Shown piece by piece: positions 51,997 through 61,363 of a DNA stretch of 64,000 bases. A program made the translations under genes and the position numbers. Every line of letters starts with the position of its first letter. Position 1 is the stretch's first letter. The notes beneath the pieces were generated by a model that was given only the letters and a program-made list of their open reading frames with translations, was not told where the DNA came from and did not search any database. Source of the DNA: Opitutia bacterium (GTDB lineage: Bacteria; Verrucomicrobiota; Verrucomicrobiia; Opitutales; T3Sed10-336); NCBI GenBank assembly GCA_050506795.1, contig JBJHCF010000023.1, positions 1-64,000 on the forward strand, written 5' to 3'.

Positions 51997-52425
51997 ATGA
52001 CCCTGAAAGGAAAATGTATCGCATTCTCATTGGCGTCGGCCGCGTTCGGCATCGGCGTTGTTGTTCTGTTTGCACCGATCTATACCGGGTTGGTCGAGAC
52101 ACTGATCACGTCGAGGGGAGCCATTCGCTTTGATTTCCTCGCGCTCCTCAATCTCCTCGCACTGCTTTCCCTGGCGCTTTTGCTGACGGCGCTGGCGTAT
52201 TTCAACTCGGTGCCGGCCTCGATGTCCCGTTACTGTGCCGTTGCGTCGGCAGCCCTTTGGTTTATCGCGATTTCCGCGACCGTGGGAATCGGAACGATCA
52301 GTTCGATTGAAAAGCTGGATCGCAGGCGGACAATACAACTCGTGGACGGCGCCAATTATTATCGAAAAAGGAAACGGCCTTCCTCCACAACGTCCTCGGC
52401 CTCCTCGTCGCGCGTCAGTTCGTAG
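51997..52425 (+). CDS. Small hypothetical membrane protein (3 hydrophobic segments)
   Basis: ATG-started hydrophobic ORF. Its 3' end overlaps the convergent FGE gene by 67 bp, so the true end may have been lost. Confidence 0.4.
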   Translation: MTLKGKCIAFSLASAAFGIGVVVLFAPIYTGLVETLITSRGAIRFDFLALLNLLALLSLALLLTALAYFNSVPASMSRYCAVASAALWFIAISATVGIGTISSIEKLDRRRTIQLVDGANYYRKRKRPSSTTSSASSSRVSS

Positions 52426-55400
52426 CTGCCTTCGTTTGCGGATTCGAAAGTGAGATGAATTTTTTCCATCCACGCCGCCCCGGAATCACCCTCAGTGAAT
52501 AACACCAGATCCAGTATCGAATCTGTCGCATCAATGATCTCGTAGCGATAACTGCCTTCCTCCCCCAACTCGGCTATAGTCACCTCATTCTCTTCACCAA
52601 AGGCCAGAATGTATTCAAACCCGTCCTCGGTTATTGTTAAAATCAATTCGACGCCCGGGGCAAGGTCACCCGCTTCCAGACGAAACGCCGTCACATCATC
52701 CCTGGCGTGATGGAACCAGCGCACCCATCTGTCAGGGACCTGTTCTCCGTTCTCTTCCCGGTAGCTGCTGAACCATTGCCGGGCCGGAAAGGCCGGGGAA
52801 TCCTCGTAAAAATAGAACCACCCGATCTCGTGCACGTAGGCAAAGGGGTGGATTGATTCGTTCATGTAGTGCCACTGCTGCTGACTGTGCCGCCAGAACC
52901 AGCCGCCGCCCGACCAATAGAGCCACCCATGCTGGTTGTGGAACAGCCAACCTTGATTCTCTTCCATATCGAAACCGGAAGCGAAGGCGAACTCGCCAAA
53001 CCACGGTGAAACAAGCCGATGCCCGCCAATCACAGTGCCCGCGGCTTCGAGGTCAAAAAATGAAGCGATTCTTTCCTCCGGGGATTCAGGTGGGACGACC
53101 TCGTCACCGGAGGTTTGCCCAAGGACCGGGCGAAACCCGCGGTTGTTATTTCGGCTTCCCGGACCGATGCCGCCTCGCTGCGAAACCCGCGTGGCGAGGG
53201 TGCTGCTGTTCCAAGCGCCGCCCCGCTGCACCCGGTCGATGCCCGAAGAAGGACCATGCGGATCACCTTGGCCCGGCGGCACGGTGTAATAGGTGGAGCT
53301 GAACCAGTCGTTGCACCACTCCCAAACGTTTCCGGTCATGTCGTGCAAACCGTAGCCGTAGGCCGGGAAGGAGCCCACGGGCGAGGTGTACGGGAACGTT
53401 CCATCGTTGTAAACGGGATGATAGGTTAAATCGGCGTAGGGACTCAGTTCGTAGGTGTAGGCACCTCCGGCCGCCCGATAGTTGGCATTGTTGTGCGATA
53501 TCGTGTCCCCCCACGGGAAACGCTGTCCACTCAGGCCACCCCGAGCCGCCTTTTCCCACTCCGCCTCCGTCGGCAACCGGTAACCGTTGGACGCGTAGTC
53601 AATCACGGGCGTAGTGTTACCCGTCTTCATCACCGCACCGTTCACCCGGTACACCGGTTCGAGCCCATCCATTTCGCTCCACGCATTCAGCCATTTCGCC
53701 GCGTCGAACCAGTCGACCGAGTGCACCGGATGGTCCGGACCCTTGCCGCCACCAACAGGAAGATCCGTATAGCCATGATTCGCCGCCCACGAGCGCACCT
53801 CATCCCACTGGGCCTTCGTCACCTGAGTCCGGCCCATGTAGAATGCCGACACATTCACCGTATGCACCGGAAGCTCGCTACTCGAACCTTCCCCGAAATG
53901 ATCCCCCATCTCAAAAGTACCCGCCGGGATGAGGGCGAAACCTTCGAGGGCGGGGCCGCCGGAAACACCGGCGCCATTCGCCTCAATGGTGGCCTCATCG
54001 CTTATGGCGTCAGATTCCACCGCGATCGTTCCACCATAAACCTGTTCCGCCGCCGGACTGAAGGTCACTGTCACCTCACGCCTCTCCCAGATCGCGACTG
54101 TCCCTGCGGTCCAGTCCGCGCTGAAGCCATTTGGTAAATCGATGCCGGTCACCGTGAGAGGACCGTTGCCCGTGTTGGTGATCGTCAGGATCCGAGCGGA
54201 AATCTGGCCCACCGTGACGTCGCCAAAGGAGAGATCGCCGGAAAGCTCCAGAACCGGGGTGGGGGCTCGGTCCGCAGACGTGACCGGCCGAAATCCAGAG
54301 GCGTTGTTGCGATCGTTCGATTCGATGCTGAAGCGGCTCGAGACCCGCAGGAAAAGGGCACTGCTGGGCCAACTGCCGCCTCGCAGCACCCGGAGCGAGC
54401 CCGAAGAGGGTCCGCGAGGATCGACCTCCGGTGAAACGCTGTAGTAGGTGTCGCTATACCTGTCGTGGCACCACTCAAAAACGTTTCCAGCCATGTCGTA
54501 CAACCCATAGCCGTTGACCACAAAGGAGCCCACCGGCGAGGTATACGGTAAACCTCCACCGACGTAGGACGGATGATAGGTTGCAGAGGTGTAGGGGCTC
54601 ACATCGTAGGTGAAGGCACTTCCGTTCGCCCGATAGTTGGCATTATCGTGCGAAATCGTGTCGCCCCATGGAAAACGCCGTTCCTTCAGACCGCCCCGCG
54701 CCGCCTTTTCCCACTCCGCCTCCGTCGGCAAACGATAGCCGTTGGCCGAGAATTGAGCCGTGGGCACATAGTTTTCCGACCTCATCACCGCACCGTTCAC
54801 TCGGTACACCGGTGCGAGCCCATCCTTCTCGCTCCAGGCATTGAGCCACTTCACAGCGTCGAGCCAGCTCACCCTTTGCACCGGATGATCCGGACCTATC
54901 CCGCCACCACCTGGAATGCCGGTATAGCCGTTATCCACCGCCCACACGCGCACCGCGTCCCACTGGGCCTTCGTCACCGGAGTCCGGCCCATGTAGAATG
55001 CCGACACATCCACCGTGTGCACGGGAAGCTCGTTACTCGAACCTTCCTCGAAATGATCCCCCATTTCAAAGCTTCCCGCTGGAATGAGCACGAAGCCCTC
55101 GAGGGCAGGGTCGCCGGCAACGCCCGCGCCGGTTGCCTCGATGGTGGCCTCGCCGCTGGTGGCGTCCGAGTCCACCGCGAACGTTCCGTCATAAACCTGT
55201 TCCGCCACCGGGCTGAAGGTCACCGTCACTTCCCGGCTCCCCCCGGACGCGATCGTCCCTCCGCTCCAGTCCCCGCTGAAGCCGTCCGGGTAGCCGATTC
55301 CGGCAACCGTCAGTGGCTGGTTACCTGCATTGGCGAGCCTCAACAGCCGTGTTGTGCTATACCCGACCGTCACCTCGCCAAAGTCGAGATTGCCGGAAAG

Positions 55401-56723
55401 GACGATTTCTCGTGACGCGACCACTCCCGTCCCGCTGACCGGATGCGTGTTCGCCCCTTTCGTCGCGTCCGACTCAACCGTGATCGTTCCGCCATAAACC
55501 TGTTCCGTCGCCGGGCTGAACGTCACCGTGACCTCCAGGGCGCTCTGGGCGTCGATCGTGCCGCCCGTCCAGTCGCTGTCGAAACCGTTCGGATAGTCGG
55601 TAGCGGTCACTGTCAGTGGCTCGTCACCTGCATTGGTGATCCTCAACAGCCGCGTTGTGCTCTGTCCAATCTCCACCATGCCAAAGTCGAGATTCCCGAA
55701 AAGGTCGAGGACGCGGGCGGGTGATGTGGAGTCGACTAAACCGCGGACCGGGCGAAACCCAGTGGTGTTGCCGCGGGAGTCAGGATGGTTGCCGGGGCGG
55801 CTCGACACCCGCGCGTAAATGGCTCCGTGGTTCCAATCGCCGCCCCGGATCACTCGGCCCGAGCCCGAAGAAGGGCCGCGCGGGTCGACACTCGGCGACT
55901 CGCTGTAGTAAGTGGAGCTGGGCCAGTCGTTGCACCACTCAGAAACGTTACCGGCCATGTCGTACAATTCGAAACCGTTGGGCGCGAAGGAGCCGACCGG
56001 TGAGGTGTACGGCGTCGTTCCGTCATTGTAGGACGGATGAAACATCAAAGTGGTGTTGGGGCTCACGTCGTAGCTGAAACCACTTCCGTGTGGCCGATAG
56101 TTGGCATCATCTTGAGAGATCGTGTCCCCCCAAGGAAAACGCTGTCCGCTCAGGTCGCCCCGCGCCGCCTTTTCCCACTCCGCCTCCGTCGGCAAACGAT
56201 AACCGTTGGCCGAGTAGTCGATCACGGGCGTGGCGCTTCCCGTCCTCATCACTGTGCCGTTCACCCGGTACACCGGTTCGAGCCCGTCCTTCTCGCTCCA
56301 CGCGTTTAGCCACTTCACCGCGTCGAACCAGTTCACCGAATGAACCGGATGATCCGGACCCTTGCCGCCACCGTCCGGGAGGTCGGTATAACCACTATCC
56401 ATCGCCCACGAACGCAACGCATCCCACTGGGCCTTCGTCACTTGAAACTGGCCCATGATAAAATCGGACACGTACACCGTATGCACCGGAAGCTCGCTAC
56501 TCCATCCATCCTCGAAATGATCCCCCATCTCAAAGCTTCCCGCCGGAATGAGGACGAAGCCCTCGGGCGCGGGCGCCACCAACGTCGCCGTCACCTCCAC
56601 CCGGGCCTGCGGATAGAGCTCGGCGGTGAGGGAGGCGCCCGATACGAACAGGACGAATCCCGCCATACAAACCGAAACGAACGCGAATGCTGATCGAAAG
56701 CGAAGGGAGAGGAGTTGAATCAT
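52359..56723 (-). CDS. Surface protein with 3 FGE-sulfatase (SUMF1/EgtB/PvdO, C-type lectin fold) domains, 3 choice-of-anchor-D Ig domains and a Trp-rich C-terminal domain
   Basis: Three copies of F(V/A)LIPAG.FEMG...YRLPTEAEWEKAARG...DM.GNV.EWC...RGG.W...GFRPV. Three copies of L.FG.V..G.....L...N.G..PLTV...VTVTFSP. C-terminal GWLFHNQHGWLYW. Confidence 0.9.
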   Translation of the reverse strand: MIQLLSLRFRSAFAFVSVCMAGFVLFVSGASLTAELYPQARVEVTATLVAPAPEGFVLIPAGSFEMGDHFEDGWSSELPVHTVYVSDFIMGQFQVTKAQWDALRSWAMDSGYTDLPDGGGKGPDHPVHSVNWFDAVKWLNAWSEKDGLEPVYRVNGTVMRTGSATPVIDYSANGYRLPTEAEWEKAARGDLSGQRFPWGDTISQDDANYRPHGSGFSYDVSPNTTLMFHPSYNDGTTPYTSPVGSFAPNGFELYDMAGNVSEWCNDWPSSTYYSESPSVDPRGPSSGSGRVIRGGDWNHGAIYARVSSRPGNHPDSRGNTTGFRPVRGLVDSTSPARVLDLFGNLDFGMVEIGQSTTRLLRITNAGDEPLTVTATDYPNGFDSDWTGGTIDAQSALEVTVTFSPATEQVYGGTITVESDATKGANTHPVSGTGVVASREIVLSGNLDFGEVTVGYSTTRLLRLANAGNQPLTVAGIGYPDGFSGDWSGGTIASGGSREVTVTFSPVAEQVYDGTFAVDSDATSGEATIEATGAGVAGDPALEGFVLIPAGSFEMGDHFEEGSSNELPVHTVDVSAFYMGRTPVTKAQWDAVRVWAVDNGYTGIPGGGGIGPDHPVQRVSWLDAVKWLNAWSEKDGLAPVYRVNGAVMRSENYVPTAQFSANGYRLPTEAEWEKAARGGLKERRFPWGDTISHDNANYRANGSAFTYDVSPYTSATYHPSYVGGGLPYTSPVGSFVVNGYGLYDMAGNVFEWCHDRYSDTYYSVSPEVDPRGPSSGSLRVLRGGSWPSSALFLRVSSRFSIESNDRNNASGFRPVTSADRAPTPVLELSGDLSFGDVTVGQISARILTITNTGNGPLTVTGIDLPNGFSADWTAGTVAIWERREVTVTFSPAAEQVYGGTIAVESDAISDEATIEANGAGVSGGPALEGFALIPAGTFEMGDHFGEGSSSELPVHTVNVSAFYMGRTQVTKAQWDEVRSWAANHGYTDLPVGGGKGPDHPVHSVDWFDAAKWLNAWSEMDGLEPVYRVNGAVMKTGNTTPVIDYASNGYRLPTEAEWEKAARGGLSGQRFPWGDTISHNNANYRAAGGAYTYELSPYADLTYHPVYNDGTFPYTSPVGSFPAYGYGLHDMTGNVWEWCNDWFSSTYYTVPPGQGDPHGPSSGIDRVQRGGAWNSSTLATRVSQRGGIGPGSRNNNRGFRPVLGQTSGDEVVPPESPEERIASFFDLEAAGTVIGGHRLVSPWFGEFAFASGFDMEENQGWLFHNQHGWLYWSGGGWFWRHSQQQWHYMNESIHPFAYVHEIGWFYFYEDSPAFPARQWFSSYREENGEQVPDRWVRWFHHARDDVTAFRLEAGDLAPGVELILTITEDGFEYILAFGEENEVTIAELGEEGSYRYEIIDATDSILDLVLFTEGDSGAAWMEKIHLTFESANEGSYELTRDEEAEDVVEEGRFLFR

Positions 56724-57225
56724 GACTGGATTGGTTCGAGAAAGCACGACCTAAATGGCACGGAACGCACTCGGGGGAATCCGTTCCAGCAGGTATGACG
56801 GAAGCAGCCGGCCCCCGCCGAAGGTGATTTCCTTGTAGGCGATTCTCTGATGTTGGACAAGGAAAAACGTTAAGGACATTTCACGGCGCGTTCCGCTCCC
56901 GTGACGGTAATATTCTCTTGCCGGTCGTCATCTTGGCCTTACGACCTGGTTGGACAAAATCAAACGAGTCGTTTACCCCGAAAACAATTCAAACCAGCAA
57001 GGATTCCCCGTTGAAGGAGGTGCTTACGCCTGACCCCTTTCGCTTTTCTTTGCAGCGGAACGATATCGAGAAAAAATTCGTCTTGAAGGTTCTTCACCAA
57101 AACCTCACCGAATACATTTCTTAAGCCGGCCTACTATCCTGAGCCGTGACGGTGGGATCAGGGCTTTACCCTTGCCCGGCCCCGGGCCGGAAGGAAGATC
57201 GAGTTGATCCAATCCAAACACTGTC

Positions 57226-58692
57226 ATGTCTGAACAATCATCGTCTCCCCGGGTTTCCTTTTATAAAGGCCGTGAAATTCCTCTCGAGCTGCACAAGGTG
57301 CGGATCGTTCAGAAACTCCATCTCCGCCCGGTGGAACGGCGTCTTGAGGCGATCGGCGAAGCGGGGTACAATACCTTTCTTCTCACCACCCGCGACATTT
57401 TCCTCGATATGTTGACTGACAGCGGGACCAATGCGATGAGCGATCAACAGCTCGGGTCGATGATGGTGGCCGACGATGCCTATGCCGGCTCCGCCAGTTT
57501 CACGCGGATGCAGCAGGCGATCTCCGATGTCTTCGGCATGCGGCACGTCCTCCCGGTGCATCAGGGACGCGCTGCGGAGAACATTATTTCTCAAACTTTT
57601 GTGAAAGAGGGTGACGTGGTTCCGATGAACTACCACTTCACCACCACCAAGGCGCACATCGATGTGAACCGGGGCAAGATCCTCGAGATTTTCACCGACG
57701 AGGCGCTGAAAATAAAGAGCGACTGTCCATTCAAGGGAAACCTCGACCTCGATAAACTGCGCGCCACCATTGCTGAGTACGGAGTCGACCGCATCTCCTA
57801 TGTGCGAATGGAAGCCTCCACCAACCTTATCGGCGGCCAACCGTTCTCGATGGAGAACATGCGAGAGGTGCGCCGCATTACCGCCGAACACGATATTCTG
57901 CTGGTGCTCGATGTCAGCCTGGTCGGTGAAAATGCGTGGTTCATAAAACAACGTGAACCGGGTTTCGCCGATACGCCGATTCGGGAAATTCTCCGCGAGA
58001 TGGCGAGCCTTTGCGACGTGATGTATTTCTCCAGCCGGAAGGTCAGTTCCACCCGGGGCGGCGCCATCGCCACCAACCGGATCGATCTGTTCAATAAAAT
58101 GAAGGATCTGGTTCCCCTCTACGAGGGGTTCCTAACCTACGGAGGCATGTCGGTACGGGAAATCGAAGCGATGGCGGTCGGCCTTTACGAGACCACCGAC
58201 GAAACCGTCATAGGCCAATCGCCGTCGTTTATTCGTCACCTCGTGGAAGAACTTGATGCCGCCGGAGTTCCAGTCATTACTCCTCCCGGCGGTCTCGGGT
58301 GTCACGTTGACGCCAAAGGGTTTCTGCCTCACGTGCCCCAGGCCGAATACCCGGCGGGAGCTTTGGCGGCCGCGTTTTTCATCGCTTCTGGCGTGCGCGG
58401 AATGGAGCGTGGCACGATTTCCAGTGTCCGTGACGAAAACGGAGAAGACATCCTCGCCGACATGGAACTTCTTCGGCTGGCCATGCCGCGACGGGTCTTC
58501 ACGCTCTCTCAGATCAGCTATGTTTCCGACCGGCTTCAATGGCTCCACGACAACCGATCCCTCATTGGCGGTCTTCAGTTCGTGGACGAGCCGAAGGTTC
58601 TTCGCTTCTTTCTGGGACGCCTGGAACCGATCGGCGACTGGCCTGAACGCCTGGCGGAGAAATTCCGCTCCGATTTCGGAGAGAGCCTGTGA
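57226..58692 (+). CDS. PLP-dependent beta-eliminating lyase (tryptophanase / tyrosine phenol-lyase family)
   Basis: LDMLTDSGT, DDAYAGS, HQGRAAE, GGQPFSM, PLP-lysine region FSSRK, YEGFLTYGGM and LLRLAMPRRV. Confidence 0.92.
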   Translation: MSEQSSSPRVSFYKGREIPLELHKVRIVQKLHLRPVERRLEAIGEAGYNTFLLTTRDIFLDMLTDSGTNAMSDQQLGSMMVADDAYAGSASFTRMQQAISDVFGMRHVLPVHQGRAAENIISQTFVKEGDVVPMNYHFTTTKAHIDVNRGKILEIFTDEALKIKSDCPFKGNLDLDKLRATIAEYGVDRISYVRMEASTNLIGGQPFSMENMREVRRITAEHDILLVLDVSLVGENAWFIKQREPGFADTPIREILREMASLCDVMYFSSRKVSSTRGGAIATNRIDLFNKMKDLVPLYEGFLTYGGMSVREIEAMAVGLYETTDETVIGQSPSFIRHLVEELDAAGVPVITPPGGLGCHVDAKGFLPHVPQAEYPAGALAAAFFIASGVRGMERGTISSVRDENGEDILADMELLRLAMPRRVFTLSQISYVSDRLQWLHDNRSLIGGLQFVDEPKVLRFFLGRLEPIGDWPERLAEKFRSDFGESL

Positions 58693-58755
58693 TTCAGGTG
58701 TTGACCGGGTAGGAACCAAATCACGTCGAGGCACCTCCCTTTCGATGTTATTGCC

Positions 58756-60663
58756 TCAAGGTATCAGGCTGATGGCATGGTCGAGGGCTTCTTGAGCGAC
58801 GGCATCGTGGGGCCGTTTCTGCAGGGCTTCCTCGAAAGAGGCGCGGGCCCCTTCGAAGTTCCCCATTTCCATCTGAATGCGGCCGCGTGTCATGCGGCTG
58901 GAGTAGCTGGCGCCAATCTGCTCTTCCTGGCGATCGATCCAACCCAGGGCTTCCTCAAATTCACCGTGTCCCTCATACAAGGCAACGATGTCCCCAAACA
59001 GAGTGGAACTCCACCCTTCCTGTTCCGCCAGATGCAGCAGTTCCTTTTCCGCTGCTTCAAAATCATCGGATAACCGAAGAATTTCCGCCTTCCACCTTCT
59101 TCGGTAGGTGGAGGGATCTTGGTCCGCTTCACGTTCGATGACTTCCCGGGCTTCCGATAGTTGATCCTGTTCGATCAGAAGATGAAGATACTTTCCCAGC
59201 CAATAGTCGCTCCCCATTCCCGTAGCGAAAATTCGCGCGTAGACCGCACCCAATTCTTCCGTTCGCTCGAGTTCCCACATGGCCTCAACCTTATCGAGCC
59301 AAAGGTCGTTGTGTTCGGGGAATTGAGCCAGGTAATGTTTCGCTTTGTCAATCGTCTCCTCGTAGTTCCCCTTCATGAAATGCGAATGGACGATATTGCC
59401 GGCGGCATAGTGGTTCTCCGGGTCCATCTCGACGGCCACTCGAAAATAAGCCAGGGCGGTGTCGAAGTCGTCGCGCATGAAATAATAAAGCCCGATTTTA
59501 TTAAGAATCTGGCACTTGGCCACCCGGCGAGCGGCGGAAAAGGTTTCGGTCGTGGAAAGCACGGCTTCCGTAATCAACTCCATGCTCTCCAGAATCGCGT
59601 CGGGATTCCAGCGCTCGTCGATCAGGTTTCCTTCGATCCAGGTATTGATCATCCAAATTCGTCCGTCTCGCTTGATGATGCGATAATGATCGTGTATCGA
59701 ATCGGTCCCGACCGGTATCCGAAGTTTAAGCTCGCGAATCGTAGTTCCCTCCGGGGCGGCGGTATTGCGATTCAACAGAACTTCTTGATCCTCCAGAACC
59801 ATATCCTGTACGTAAAGCAATCCCTCAATGATGGCGTCCATTCTTGAGATTGGCTCTGCCAAATCGAGACGCAGTACCTGAAGCTGCGCCCCATAAATGG
59901 AACGGGCGGTGAAGGCGGCGGCCGGGAATTCCTCCGCCAAGGCCTCCGAATAAATCCACTCCGGACGGTCGAAAACCAGGCGAAACCCGTCGTCGGGGCG
60001 TTCCACCGCTTCCTCGATCAAATCGCCGGTAGTCGTGAATATTTTTTCCGGATCGATCAATTCCATCCCGGTCAGAAAGGCGCGATGCGCGCGATAGACT
60101 TCGTCCGCGTCATCAGGATTGCCAAAAGCCACGACCTGAAGCATCAGACCATTGTGGCTTCCGTACCAGTAGTCATAGTGAAAATAGGTCCCACCTGACC
60201 TGGCCCGCGCATTCATGGTTTCACCGGCAATCCCCATCGCTTCCATCTGTTCCACCGGCCCGAAGCTCGCGCCTTGTCCGAGGCTGGAGAGGTTGGACCG
60301 GACGACTTCTCCCAGAACGGTTGTATAAAAACCTTCCTCTATGCCAACAATCTCCGGCACGACCATAATCCAGATTTCCGGGCTGGCGCGTCTGATAATA
60401 AACTGGGCGTCGGTATCGAAATGCGTCGGGTCCATGGTCACCCAGGGATGCTCTGGCCGCTCGAAACGCAGGTTATAGTCTTCGAGTATGACTGACGACC
60501 CATCGGTTGCGGGCGCCAACAGAGCGAAACCTGCGACCGACAGACACAGGAAACCGACAAGAGCTTTGCGAACTATTTGGCTGTAAAGAATCAAGCCGAG
60601 GAAGAAGCAGAAACCGGCCGCAAACTGACCGGTGGCTCCGGGGAGGATTTCAACAATGGGCAT
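58756..60663 (-). CDS. Membrane-anchored tetratricopeptide-repeat protein
   Basis: N-terminal hydrophobic segments; TPRs such as LNKIGLYYFMRDDFDTALAYFRVAVEMDPEN and RGRIQMEMGNFEGARASFEEALQKRPHD. Confidence 0.85.
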   Translation of the reverse strand: MPIVEILPGATGQFAAGFCFFLGLILYSQIVRKALVGFLCLSVAGFALLAPATDGSSVILEDYNLRFERPEHPWVTMDPTHFDTDAQFIIRRASPEIWIMVVPEIVGIEEGFYTTVLGEVVRSNLSSLGQGASFGPVEQMEAMGIAGETMNARARSGGTYFHYDYWYGSHNGLMLQVVAFGNPDDADEVYRAHRAFLTGMELIDPEKIFTTTGDLIEEAVERPDDGFRLVFDRPEWIYSEALAEEFPAAAFTARSIYGAQLQVLRLDLAEPISRMDAIIEGLLYVQDMVLEDQEVLLNRNTAAPEGTTIRELKLRIPVGTDSIHDHYRIIKRDGRIWMINTWIEGNLIDERWNPDAILESMELITEAVLSTTETFSAARRVAKCQILNKIGLYYFMRDDFDTALAYFRVAVEMDPENHYAAGNIVHSHFMKGNYEETIDKAKHYLAQFPEHNDLWLDKVEAMWELERTEELGAVYARIFATGMGSDYWLGKYLHLLIEQDQLSEAREVIEREADQDPSTYRRRWKAEILRLSDDFEAAEKELLHLAEQEGWSSTLFGDIVALYEGHGEFEEALGWIDRQEEQIGASYSSRMTRGRIQMEMGNFEGARASFEEALQKRPHDAVAQEALDHAISLIP

Positions 60664-60821
60664 GGTTTAGTTAGGTAGGTCGTTTGATTCGAAAGAAGAG
60701 AAGGGCGTCCTGATCCGTTTTTTGCAGTATTTCCCCGTCACGGAATGCGATCAACCTCAAAACCGATTCAATTCTGCGCGCCGCCTCCATGCCTTTTTTT
60801 TGAATTTGATTTCGCCAAGTA

Positions 60822-60833
60822 CTACAAGTGTAG
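60822..60833. promoter_or_regulatory. BlaI/MecI/CopY-type operator (TACA-N2-TGTA)
   Basis: CTACAAGTGTAG located about 30 bp upstream of the blaI-like ATG; matches the established family consensus. Confidence 0.75.
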
Positions 60834-60865
60834 CAAGCGCGGTATTGAACGTTGCAATTACTCCC

Positions 60866-61030
60866 ATGAAAGGCATCAAAATATCGGACTCCGAATGGGA
60901 AGTCATGAACTTGGTCTGGAAGGAGCCGGGGGTTTCCTCCGGCCGGGTTGTCGAAGTTCTTTCCGCACAGAAGGAGTGGCGTTCGCGCACCGTAAGGACG
61001 TTGCTCGTACCCCTGGTGAAGAAAGGCGCA
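60866..61030 (+). pseudogene. Truncated BlaI/MecI/CopY repressor
   Basis: MKGIKISDSEWEVMNLVW...WRSRTVRTLLVPLVKKGA. Similarity ends at an 18-bp direct duplication (61025-61042 / 61049-61066). Confidence 0.82.
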
Positions 61031-61060
61031 ACCAAGGACGTCACGTCTGGCGCAACCAAG

Positions 61061-61132
61061 GACGTCTTGACCTTTGACAAAATAACTGAGATGGCCGAAT
61101 CCAAACGCCCTCTGTCAAGAGTCAATGACGTC
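61061..61132. repeat. Imperfect inverted repeat at the blaI breakpoint
   Basis: GACGTCTTGACCTTTGACA ... TGTCAAGAGTCAATGACGTC; a similar half-site occurs at 42929-42947. Confidence 0.6.
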
Positions 61133-61363
61133 TTCCAGTTACTCCCAAAGGAGACTCAACCAATGGGGTCATTGGCCGATACATGCTACACTTGGGAACC
61201 AGCCCCTGTCGGCCTGACCCCTTCCGAAATGCCCGAAAGTTTTCTGGTGCAAGCGCCAGTCCTACAGGGAAGAATAGATCGTCCGCCGCGGAGAAAAGTA
61301 GATTACGCCTTCAGCGAAAAAGAAGCGGACAGGTCGTGCACTTTACTTATACGTGATGGGGTG

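Noticed and set aside
56750..57220. Riboswitch, tnaC-like leader or DGR template repeat in this intergenic region
   Set aside because: Hairpins exist (e.g. CCGGCCCCGGGCCGG), but I could not match SAM, c-di-GMP or other consensus motifs, and there is no AAC-rich copy of the variable regions. An Rfam/Infernal scan would settle it.
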